From Mobula hypostoma (lineage: Eukaryota): a stretch of DNA of 64,000 nt. Under the pieces are notes generated by a model, which ran no database searches, was not told the DNA's origin, and saw nothing but the letters and a program-made list of their open reading frames with translations. The stretch covers positions 40,486,001 to 40,550,000 of the forward strand of contig NC_086104.1 in the NCBI RefSeq assembly GCF_963921235.1, in the 5' to 3' direction. This document shows, piece by piece, positions 24,790-36,289 of the stretch (position 1 is the stretch's first letter; every line of letters starts with the position of its first letter). The translations under genes were made by a program, and so were the position numbers.

Positions 24790-27700
24790 CTCCAATGCAA
24801 TATGCTAGTGGACACAGGGGCCTTGCTATCAATAACAGACCTACCGCTGCCAACAAACGGACAGGCTATTTATATTCGGGGTGTAGGAGGGAAAATAGTG
24901 AAGGCAGAAAGAAATGAGTCGCCAATACTCAAAGTCCAGGGACTGCAGCTTTCAGTGTATTTCTGGGTATGTCCAAATAATGAGGGCACTATCCTTGGAA
25001 TAGACATCCTAAGGGAAGCAGGGGCCGTTATAGATTCGGGAAAGGGAGAAATAATATGGACAAGCCAGGGGTAGTGAACATGTATAACCAGTAGAATACA
25101 CAACCTGGCTAGCATTGTCGCAGCTGCCCTAATCATTAAAGACTGGAGCCAGCAGTTCCCAGCAGTGTGGGGTAGACACAAGCAAGATTGTGGTCAAGTA
25201 AAGATAAAACCCAGTTAAAATAGAGGAGGGTCTGTATAAACCCCATAAGCAGTACCCTATTAAAACTGACGCACTGACCGCTGTTCAGGGTAAAGTTGAA
25301 GAACTAAAACACCTGGGGATACCCAGGGAGAGTCTGTGGCAACTACTAACTTGGCTATAAAGAAGCCCAGTGGATCATATAGTCATAGTCATACTTTATT
25401 GATCCCAGGGGGAAATTGGTTTTTGTTACAGTTGCACCATAATAATAAATAGTAATAGAACCATAAATAGTTAAATAGTAATATGTAAATTATGAAATAA
25501 GTCCAAGACCAGCCTATCGGCTCAGGGTGTCTGACCCTCCAAGGGAGGAGTTGTAAAGTTTGATGGCCACAGGCAGGAATGACTTCCTATGACGCTCTGT
25601 GCTGCATCTCGGAGGAATGAGTCTTAGGCTATACCGCCCTTAAGACCATGCCGAGATTGCATTTCATAGTGGTGGGGCCCTGCAACAATCATGAGTGGCC
25701 TGTCCCTAGAACATAAAGTTTTTCCAGTCCCTCCGAGGGTAGACATTACTGCGAATAAGGTAGCAGAGGAATAAGAGACAATTGAAATTGCAAGTGTGCA
25801 GGAAAAATGACGGAAGCTAGTTTAGTAAAATTATATGAAGAGGTGGAGACAGAAGAGAAGGAGAAATGGCGAAGAAAAGAGGGACCAGATGGGAGCTAGA
25901 CACTTGGGGCGGAAGGAATTGTGGCACCACCTTGTATTAGGCTGATACTGCTGAAGTTATATCATGGGTGATGTATCAGGAAGGGCAGAATATATTCATG
26001 ATCCTCCAGCAGGACTGGTGGTGGCCAGGGATGGGTGGGTAAGTTGAGAAATTCTGCTGCTGTTGTATCATTTGTGCCCAGCATAACCCTGGTAAGGGCA
26101 GAAAGTTACAGCTGACAGATCAACCACAGTCAAGGGGACCCTGGGAAGATATCCAGATGGATTTCACAGGGCCCCTACCTAAAATTGGGGGGGGGGGAGC
26201 TATCGTCAAGTAATTATGGATCACTTCACTGGGTGGGTAGAGGCTTTCTCAGCAAGGGACTGCACCGACAGCCCTGCTGAATGGATTCTAGTTCAGGAAT
26301 TCCTCCCAAGGTGGGGAACCATGGTTCAGGTGGACTCAGATCAGGAAGCATGTTTCACAGGGGAAGTAATGAAGGAAATGTGCCGATTGTTAGGGATCCA
26401 ACAACTGTTTCAAGTATCCTACCACCCTCAGAGTTCAGGAATGGTAGAAAGGATCAACCGAACAAAAAAGAACACCTTAGGCAAAACTATAGCTGAGACG
26501 GGAAAGACATGGGTTGATGTATTACCAGGAATCCTGATGAGATTATGAGCAACCCCAAACTGCATACTGGGTTTCAGCCCCTACGAATTATTGATGGGAT
26601 GAGCAATGCGACTCCCTTATGGGGTAATTATGGGTTGTGGTGAGTCCGGGGCTTACAGGGATAGAATGACACAGTATGTGAAAGACCTTTGTAACCAACT
26701 TAAAGTATTGAAGGACCGAGCAAAACAACAGCAGCGAATCGCTGATCAGAGAGAGCCAGAGGCCAAGTCATGATAAGGGTGCTGCCGGAAAGGCCAGGGT
26801 TTGCTCCCAGGTGGATAGGACCACAGATGGTACTCTTAACCAGTGAGACTTGTGTCTGTGTGCAGACTTGGCGAGGCAGCCAGTAGAAACACTGGACTCA
26901 GATTAAAACATAGGACTCACCCTCTTGTTGCTCACACAGACAGAGCAGGGAATCAAGTGTACCCAGTAACCATGTAATTACAGAGAACCTACGAGAGGAA
27001 CACCAGCCGGCCAAGCCAGACTTGACCACAGCTGATGAAAACATACCCGGAGGAAACGCAAAGGCAGAAAACCCCGAGAGTGTGGCAGAAGACACAGAGA
27101 GCGTGACAGAAAACCGTGGATAGCATGCTAAATTGTGATGATGATGGTACTCTGTAATGAAGGCTGGTTGCTGAAGGTAGATGATGAATTTAATAGCATA
27201 GAATAAAAAAGATATTAGAAAATAGATGGGGAGGGATTTTAAATTAAAGCAGAGACAGCAAGTTCCACAACTTCGATGGCATCTCAGACAGCACATGGCA
27301 TCTGAAGGCAGTCAGCCGCAGTCTGAATGAGGAGCTGGGCCCTTTCAGCTGTCGGGCTAGTGTTCAACTGGACAATTCAGGAGGGGGTGCCACTGGGGAG
27401 AGGTCTTTGCAGACATTGACATAGAGATCACCACAACCCCTTCCTGTACATTGATGAGAGGGCCTGTGGGTGCTCCTGGAAAGAAAGAGTTTCAGCAATC
27501 AGAGAATGAAGGGGTAAAGGCAAGGAATGTGATAAAGCTGCAATCGGTCTGCAGGGAAAGAGCCAACAGCCACACAAAAGAAGCCGCATTTCTAAGACTT
27601 GTTCAAACTTCTGGAACAACCTCTCTGCTTAACATTTGGTAGGCAGTGATTAGGGAATGCTAGGGTAGATACTGGCACACAAAATTGGGGGGGGGGAATT

Positions 27701-28200
27701 TCGAGGCAGGTGTTTTTGCTGCCATATTTGAGTAGATCCTCTTAGGCTGGCCTTTCCTGGTACAAATTTATTTTTGTCCAAGAGGACCAAGAGGAGGAAC
27801 TGTTAAGAGTGATTTTTGGGTTTAGGTCATTTACATTTAGCAAATGACTTTGGCTACCAGTCTTCTGTTTCTTGATAATGTACCATGGGTTCAGTTTGGG
27901 ACAATGCATTCCTGAAAGCTGTGGATCCCAGTCCAGACGTTGCTGGCGTCTGTGGGATGGATGCGAATCAGAAGGTGTGAAGTTTGCATGTAGTTTCAAA
28001 AGGAAGCATTTTCTATACTTTGTAAATATGGAATTGTCCTTTGTGTTTAGCAAATAAATATCAAGCCTCACGTTGGGCCAGCAGATCTTTCCACCGAAAG
28101 AGTCTCCACATGACGCCTGCTGTACCTTGTTTTGTCGAATAAAGAAGCTGCTTTGTACCTACCAGTAATTCTCTTCGGCAATTTCATTCACGCAATAACA
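24790..28200 (+). mobile_element. Endogenous retrovirus-like provirus remnant (PR, RT N-terminus, IN, PPT, 3' LTR)
   Basis: LVDTGA...ILGIDIL protease; KQYPI and GSYRL RT start; integrase WWWPG..CIICAQHN, QMDFTGPLP, VDSDQ, YHPQSSGMVER, PRWIGP..VLLT..HWTQIK*; G-rich PPT at about 27682-27698; LTR with AATAAA at 28138-28143, ending ...ATAACA at 28200. Confidence 0.85.
25383..25624 (-). mobile_element. Short LINE 3' end (L2/Rex-like) inserted in the ERV RT
   Basis: Splits GGA TCA TAT AG|G CTA (GSYRL); minus-strand AATAAA followed by (GACTAT)n tail. Confidence 0.7.
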
Positions 28201-28204
28201 CTCC

Positions 28205-29030
28205 CCACCACTTCCAAGAATTAGCAAAACCCTTATGCTAATGCTTCATGTTGAAGTGACTCATTTCAACATGGAACCAAAATGCTATGATCATCAGTGC
28301 ATATGCCCCAACACCAAAAGTTTTGGTGAACCCGAAGAGGATTTCTACTCCAACCTTGAAAAACATTGCTTTGCATCCCAAAATGAGACAAACTATTCTC
28401 CTGGGCAATTTCAATGCCAAGGCGAGAAGAGACCCAATTCTCTGACACAATTGGTAGGGGAAGAATATGGAAGACCAATTATACTAAGGATCCTTTCACA
28501 AGATGAACATGGTCATTCTGATGAAACAGTGCTCATCATGAAATGACAAGCACAAGATGTCATGGCATCACTCCAGCCCGAACACAGACATCTGTTAGAT
28601 TATAGCAAAGACAGACAATGTGTACATCACCTACACAGACAGGTAACAATGACCATTTCCAAGCATCCAATCCATTCTAAAACACCACCAAGCTGGCCCT
28701 AAAACATCAATATCAACAGGAGTGCTGCTGTAAAATTTAACATCAAAGTTTTTAAGGACCTGTAGACCCCACAAGAACAAGTCCTCTTAGACAGAGCCTG
28801 CCTCACCATTTAAAAGTTATCGGCTACCCTGACAAGTGGTTTGTGGGAATGATAGGGAGATCATCTATAGGGATAAGGCATTCTAGATTGGAAGCCCGAC
28901 TTTTACTCAAGTGAAAAGAAGCAGACCTACAAACACCTAAACACTGACATCCAGCTAAAAGATCTGTGACCTCATGATGGGAAAGTAAGAGCATGCAGCA
29001 GGCTCAGCAACTTGCTGACAATCATAACTG
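28205..29030 (+). mobile_element. Old RTE LINE fragment (APE domain)
   Basis: IISAYAPT...EEDFYSNLE...ILLGNFNA recognisable across frameshifts. Confidence 0.6.
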
Positions 29031-29945
29031 AAGGTTGAATCTGACCAGCGTTATTAAATAGGCATTGCTTGCAGCAAAAACATCATCTGCAACACTCAAT
29101 CACTTTTAACAATGGAAAAACTCTTTTCATACAAATGCTTAACTTCCATCAACCTTGCATTGCTCGATGTAGAATGACTTCAGAACTTTAATATGATATG
29201 CTAGGTTGGAAGATTGCTGAGATATACAAGATGCTATTTTTGACAATTAGTATGAAGATACCTTAGCCAGCATGAACAAGTTGAGCTGAAGGACCTGCTT
29301 CCATGCTGTACAACTCTATGTCTAGTTGACCTCAAATGTTTTCATGTTACTGTTCTTGACATGCTCTTCAACATTCTTTATTGAGGAGAAGTGAGGGCAT
29401 TCCTAGTCCATGAGGTTTACAAATTATACTGGCAAACTATTCTTCTGTGGTATTTGATACAATTGCTAGTCACTTAAAAGAGAACTATATTGACTGTGAT
29501 TGATATTAGTTGTAGACCAGATAGATGACTGCCTTCCACATTGGATATTAATAAGCCAGCTGGATGTTTACAACAGCTGCCATGACCTCATGATAAACTT
29601 TCAATGATAAGATTTTGTTTTAGAAATTATTTTTAAAATTGATTGCAAATCTTTGAACTACCATGATGGAATTTTAAGTAGTTCTCTGGATCATCAACAG
29701 TCCAAGAAAATATTAGCAGGTACGAAGTTCAAGAAAAATAAATACAGAAAATTAACATAAAACATGAATTAACATTTAAAATTAAAATTAACATAAATAT
29801 AAATATTAACACGTTGAACAAAGCAAATAACACCGAAAGTCCCTTTATTTACCAAAATCCAATACCTCCTCATGCATTTCAAATTTCAGTTTTTCCAGAT
29901 GATTTTAACCCCAAGAGAATACTTATTGTATCAATTGCATCTTAC

Positions 29946-30036
29946 CTTCCTGAGTATTGCCTGAGTTTGTCATACAAAGTAACGGCAGCAGCTTCTTCTT
30001 CCCCATCAGTACTTTCTTGGTCCATATTATTTTCCT
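29946..30036 (-). CDS. UBR2: UBR2 coding exon (ENNMDQESTDGEEAAAVTLYDKLRQYSG)
   Basis: gcattag / gtaag, 91 nt, phase 1/2. Confidence 0.93.
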
Positions 30037-30260
30037 CTAATGCAGTGAATAATGAAGTTAATACTTTTATTTCAGCATACCAAAGGGAAGCTTTTCAAGT
30101 ACAGTCAATGTAACTCATTTATTAAACTAGACATAAGTTGCTCCCAAAGATATATAATACTAAAATGTGATACCCCCATGTTAGATATAACCATCATGCA
30201 TACAGCATTTTCCCAGTGTTATTCATTCTTTTAAAAAAATTGGAATATTTCATAAAGTAC

Positions 30261-30396
30261 CTGTTGAAGATGTAAGCAGAATCTGTACAATATGTGCCAT
30301 GGTAACTAAATGAAAAAGATGAAGAACACCAACAGCTAAGCTGACTCCTGTGAAATCATGACAGTGCACAGTTGGGAATGAAAGCACCAAGCTCAC
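30261..30396 (-). CDS. UBR2: UBR2 coding exon (VSLVLSFPTVHCHDFTG...HLVTMAHIVQILLTSST)
   Basis: gcctgcag / gtactt, 136 nt, phase 0/1. Confidence 0.95.
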
Positions 30397-31208
30397 CTGC
30401 AGGCAGAATGAAAGAACTGTCACTCAGATAAGGCCATTTAGAAAAGCAGTGGAAATACTCTATTTAATATGCAAACTTGAAAAATTGCAGACAGAAATTT
30501 AACCGATCAAGTAATATGGTGTATTGGATAAATATTAGGATGTTATCAATCAATACTTGAACTTGCCACACTAGTAAAAAAATTAAACGCTTGAGTAAAC
30601 AATCAAAATAAAGCTAATTTATTAATTCAATGCAGATTGGAAGTCCTTTATATTTATTGCCAATAGTCTGTCATTTTAAACATAAAGTGGATAACAAAGC
30701 CAATGTTCATGACAAGGGTTAACTAGATTTGCAGTAGAATAACATTGCAAAGGGGATACATTCAACAACTGCAAACCCTGGCAATGGTTAATTTTGTTAC
30801 ATTATTCTACTTTCTGGGTATATAAAAGGTCTGCCATTTATAATTTAGGATATGATTTTACTTGAACATATATTAACATTACAGTGATATTCCACAAGCT
30901 TTAATATTTTTCTGAATTCACAATATCAAAGCATTTTCTTCTGTCAAAGGTAAAAATTTAAATGAGCTGTATTTTTAAGTTGAAATGATCCCTGAAATGT
31001 AATGCAATCACTCAAATTACAGCTTATTATCTTTAATTAAAGACTCTCTTGGAGACATGGAAGCAAATTAAAGTGGCAGCTCAACATTCATTTTTACTAA
31101 CTTCAAATCCAACATTCTTCACTTATCTAGACTTATCTCAGTGAACAAATAGAAACTATCTGAAAAATAAGAGAATGTTAAAAGAATAAAAATAGATTGG
31201 TCACGTAC

Positions 31209-31282
31209 CAACAAATGGAACATATCAACATCAAGAATAGAAGGAGGAACCTGCGTCTTATCATCGTCGTCAGGTATTAGAA
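31209..31282 (-). CDS. UBR2: UBR2 coding exon (LIPDDDDKTQVPPSILDVDMFHLL)
   Basis: cttctcag / gtacgt, 74 nt, phase 1/0. Confidence 0.93.
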
Positions 31283-32879
31283 CTGAGAAGAGTAAAGGAG
31301 AAAAATGATAGGTTTCATTACATATCTAAATGAAAGTGGGACAGGAGAGTGAGACCTTCTAACAAAAATCTGAGTTTTGATTTTACAACCTTTTATTGAT
31401 GTCATTATTTTAGTCATTCGGAAATAGGCAATATCTTAAAATAATGATGCTTTTACTATGCACAAGTTGATGTTTACTTTATCTGAAATGTCATTATCTA
31501 TTGTACTATCTGGAACTGAAAATGTCATAGAAAAGTACAATTGTTGCAGTAGAAGGTTACTTGGCTCTCCATCAGAACTATTCTTTAGTACTACACACAG
31601 TACCTTGCTCTCAACCCTTCCATTATATTTCCCTCTTCAAGGTTACAATGAAATCTGCCTCCACCATATCCTCAGGCAATGCATTCCAAATTCCATACAC
31701 ATGCTGTGTATAAATGTTTTTAAATCATATCACTTTTAATTCCTTGTGCCTTTATTCTATACCTGTCGCCTTATCCACCAACGGGAATAGCCTCCCACTG
31801 TACTATGTCTAGATATTATGCTGTATTGAATCTTCCCTTCTAATCTATCCTTGTAACTCTAATCTCTCAAGAGCTGTTCTTGGAAATTTTTTCTGGACCC
31901 TCTGTAACACCTTTTCATCCTTCCTGTAATGTGGCAACCACAAGTGAACACACTATACCAGCTGAGGCCAGACCAGTATGTTACACAGTTCCTACATTAA
32001 CTCCTTGCTTTTATATTCTATGCCTTCTACTGAATTATTTAAGTTTTTGCACTCTTTTTAATCTATTCAATATACATATATATACTTACTGATTTACTTT
32101 TTTTTTCTTTCTATATTATCACATATTTCATGGAACTGCTGCTGCTAAGTTAACAAATTGCATGACACATGCAGGCGATAATAAATCTGATTCTGATAAA
32201 ATCCAAACATGTGCATTCCGTATTAACAACTTTTTTAGTCTGCCTTGTCACTTTCGATAATTTGTGCACACATGCCTCTAAGGTCCTGTTCTTGCATCCT
32301 TTTAAAAATATATCTTTTAAAGCAAGGAAATTTCAAAGTGGACTACCTAATTGCATTGAAATGCATCTGCCAATCTCCTGCCCATACCACCAGCCTTATT
32401 ATATTTACCTCCAATCTAATAGCATCTTTGTAGTTTACAAAAGTGCCAAGTTTTGTGTCATCTGCAATTTTAGAAATTGTGACTAGTATGTTACGGTTAT
32501 TAGATTAACTTATTGTCACTGAAAGCAGCCAGAAGGCAGGAGGGACTCCAAAAAAAATTAACTACCTTTCATTCATTTGTTCTCTAAGGTAAATATGACA
32601 GAACAAATTATCCATATTACAATTTTGGTCTACAGTAGTGTATCTAATATAAAACCTGAATTAAAAATGTAAAATAAAATTTACAACAAAGAAGTCTCAA
32701 ATAATTATAAACAGTCTCTTGGTGAGACTGCACCAGAAAAGTAGCATACAGCTGATCATAGTGGGATTGAGAATGTAAATGAAGCTCAGAAACACATTAG
32801 CAAATGAAACAGAGGTGTGATGCAAATATTGGATGACTGTTTTGTATACCACTCTCATCATTCTGACTTTGGCCTCCAG

Positions 32880-33510
32880 CACTGTTCCAGTGAAGCCCAA
32901 CATGAGCTCACACAACAGCATCTCATCTTCTGGCTATGCATGTTGCATCTCTTATTGAATTTAACAACTTCAGATAATCAGCCTTTCTGATTTATGTCAG
33001 AACGATCAGTTCTGCAGCAAGTCATCCAGCTGTAACATTAATTCAGTTTTTCTCTCTCCACAAATGCCACCTGATCTGCTAAGTATTTCCAGTATCTGTT
33101 TTGCATTTTAGTACCCAACTTTTTGTGTAAGCGCCTTTAGTTATTTCTTTCTGTTTGCACTCCTGAAGACTAATCAACTTTAACAAACAAGCATTCATCT
33201 TTGGAGAGTCGGTCCAGAAATATTAGCTGTTCATCTTTCCTTACTCACTTCTGCACCTGCTGAGTGTATCCAGCATTTTCTGGTTTTATTTCAAATTGCC
33301 AACTTGGATTTCTACCCGATCACAGACATTCCCTTTGTTCTTTCACCTATCTTTTCCATGTTCCAATTCTGATGTAAGGTCATCAATCCAAAACATTAAT
33401 CAGTCATCAACTTGAAATATTTGTTTCCCTCTCTACAGTTGGTGCTTGGCCTGCTGAATATCTCCAGCATTTTTTGTTTATTTTTCGGCAGCATCTGAAA
33501 AATTTTTGCT
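32880..33510 (+). repeat. Old tandem array of Penelope pseudo-LTR units preceded by a GIY-YIG-like C-terminal remnant
   Basis: Three decayed copies of the tctctccacagatgctgcctgacctgctgagt...ccagcattt motif at about 33040, 33230 and 33420. Confidence 0.55.
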
Positions 33511-33568
33511 TCTTCAACAAGAGTTTCTCCAGTTAAAATTAAGTACTCAACAACTATAATATACAAAC

Positions 33569-33665
33569 CTGCTAACAGTCGGGCATAGTGTTGCTGAACC
33601 ACAGACAGAAAACTCACAGTCCAGTGTGATGCAGCAAATCGGGTTAATGCCTTCAGACAGTCATC
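33569..33665 (-). CDS. UBR2: UBR2 coding exon (DDCLKALTRFAASHWTVSFLSVVQQHYARLLA)
   Basis: tattgtag / gtttgt, 97 nt, phase 0/1. Confidence 0.95.
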
Positions 33666-35322
33666 CTACAATAAAGTATAGCTAGTTAAAACAAGTGAAA
33701 ATAAATGCGAACAAGAGTGAAATAACTTGTATCTGATTAGAGCCTTTCAAAGACATAGAATTTTATGACACTAGAGGCCATATGGCCTGCTGTGCTCATG
33801 TCAGCCAACCAACTTGATCCCACTTTGTTGCTGAGTCAACAGCCTTGCAGGTTGGAGCATATAAATAGCTTATTCAAGAAATTAAACACATTTTTCTCAA
33901 TTCTAGCACCTTTCAGAATCACTTGTTTGACACCCAGTATTTTGTGGCTGAAAGATCATTTACTCACCCTCTTATGTGCCTTTTATTTTTCTTTTAAACA
34001 TAACTCAATTCATAATCCCCTGTTCTACAACAAACCCAGCATGGTCTTTCCAACATTCTCTGCTCCATTATTTCTCAAGTACTAACACTTTGCTGAAATA
34101 ATATATCCACTATGGGATAGCTACTGTTTTTATAACATTCGAGCTTGGCCTCTCTGCTTTTACATCCTCTACTTTGGTGAATAAAGTGCCCAGCTAACTT
34201 GCTTAATCACTTAGTCCAATAGTCCTATTACTTCAGGCATCCACAGACCTGTGTCAAATTCCCTTTCATTGAAGTACATCAGTCACATAAAACTGCTTTT
34301 CCTCAGTTGAGAACCCCTCCCATTGCTTTTAAAGAATTCTATTTAAATAAAACCTTTTAGTCCAGTTGAAATATGCAACTGCAATCTGAACATGCCATTT
34401 CTAGAAATGCAGGCAAACCCAGCATTATTGGCGTGGCGGGCTGCATTCCTAGGAAATGAGCAAAAGTCATAAAGAGTTTTACAGTACAGATGAAACAATA
34501 TTAGCCACTCTCCAGATTTCTGGAACTTCACTAGTGGCTAACAACAAAGCAAATATCTCTACATTGCCTCTGCGTTTTCTTCCCTAACCTCCAATCTGGT
34601 TCGGTCTGCACGTGGTCATGCTCTGGGGATCTGCCCCATTAATGAGCTTCAAGACTCCAAATACATCCTTCCTTGTAATACATATAGAATCCAAGACCTC
34701 ACCACTTATCACTCTCATGTCTCCTTAGTAAACACTAAGGAGAAATAGACATTAAGAATCTCAGCCATTTCCTGTAGCTCCACACATAGGCAGCCCTGAT
34801 GGTCTCTCCCTAGTCACCCTTTTAAAGAGCTCTTTGGGTTATCTTAAAACAGGCTTGCCAAATCAATCCTGTACCATTTTTCTGTATTGCAATTACCATA
34901 ATACAAAGGCACATCACCTACAGCAAGTTGAAAGACAACTTGCATTGATTTATTTTTAATCCCCCACAGAAACAACAAGAGTACAAATTTTATTTCATAT
35001 CTCAAATTTTTATCAACTTCTGAATTCTGTAAAGGAAAATGTCAATATCCCAAATGGTCACAATGTGAAGGTGACCAACAGTAAGAAAAAAAATGCCATA
35101 AATACTCAGCAGGTCAGCCAGAGAGGAAGAATTTTAGAATTTTAGATCAATGACCATTCAACCCATTAACTGTTTTTCTCTCCACAGAAATTGCCTGAAT
35201 TGCTCAACATCGAGTATTTTCTACTACTAGCATCTAGCTTTTGACTTTTCAAATACCATTTTCAGATTCATATTTTTACTTTGTAATTGTGCATAGAGTC
35301 TGTACATTTTTACAATACCTAC

Positions 35323-35378
35323 CTGCCTACATGGCAGATGACCAAACAGTGGCTTTTCTTCATCTGCCAGGAAACGCT
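35323..35378 (-). CDS. UBR2: UBR2 coding exon (RFLADEEKPLFGHLPCRQ)
   Basis: atttccag / gtaggt, 56 nt, phase 1/0. Confidence 0.94.
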
Positions 35379-35768
35379 CTGGAAATAAATGGAAGAGTTT
35401 ACACGTTACTATGGTCTTAAAGTGAATTTCAGTTATCTAAGTAATACTAACATTATCAAATAAATTTAACCATGTTTTAAGACTACTACCCAGACAATGA
35501 TTTATTCAGCAAATACAATTTCACAGACTGTGCTCCTAGTTCTTTCAATTACCTTTTGTCTTTTTAGGTAACATAACCTTTTTCCTATCTAACTCTTCCC
35601 GATTCTAATGAAATGTACCTTGTTCCTCTCTCAAAAGAAGTTGCCTGGAATGCTGTCTATTTTCAACACTTTCTGCTCTGAACACATGTTCAAAAATATT
35701 TTATTTCACTTCCTGCAAAATCTGCATATAAGTAATAACTCTCCCTGCTGGCATTCACCATGACTAAC

Positions 35769-35917
35769 CTGTTGCTTGAATCGTGTATGCACAGCTTCCC
35801 CAGCACATTATAGGGACGCGTGGGTCCTGATCATTAGGATGAACCTTCAGTCCCACTTTGTATGCTGCTGTAGCCAAGGTTGTCAGCATCTCCTTGATGC
35901 TATCTGAATAAGGATTC
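35769..35917 (-). CDS. UBR2: UBR2 coding exon (NPYSDSIKEMLTT...YKVGLKVHPNDQDPRVPIMCWGSCAYTIQAT)
   Basis: tttgttag / gttagt, 149 nt, phase 2/1. Confidence 0.97.
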
Positions 35918-36289
35918 CTAACAAAAATAAGGCACCATTGCAAGAAATATCTAAACAATAAATACGTATCAACCAGCTACCACAGGTTACAGGTAATATA
36001 AAGAAACAACAAACGAGGATATAAATCTGGCTAAGTGAGTTTTAACCTAGCACTAATCTTAATAAACATTGCAGTAAGTGGTGAAATTAAAGGGAGGATT
36101 GCATGCAATACTTTATTTATACATTTCTTCAGTATTCAAGTTCTTCTTGTCTTCAGCACCTTACTAGGAGATGTTGCATTGTGTGTAATTAGGCACTTGA
36201 CATGGGCCAATAAAAAGAATTCAATTTAAGTGGAATGTCCATTGTGTGAGTAGGCCAGTGTTTTAGAGTGGGGTGTTGATCTTTGGCTC

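Noticed and set aside
26940-27700. env gene
   Set aside because: No signal peptide, furin site, CX6CC or transmembrane segment, and too short.
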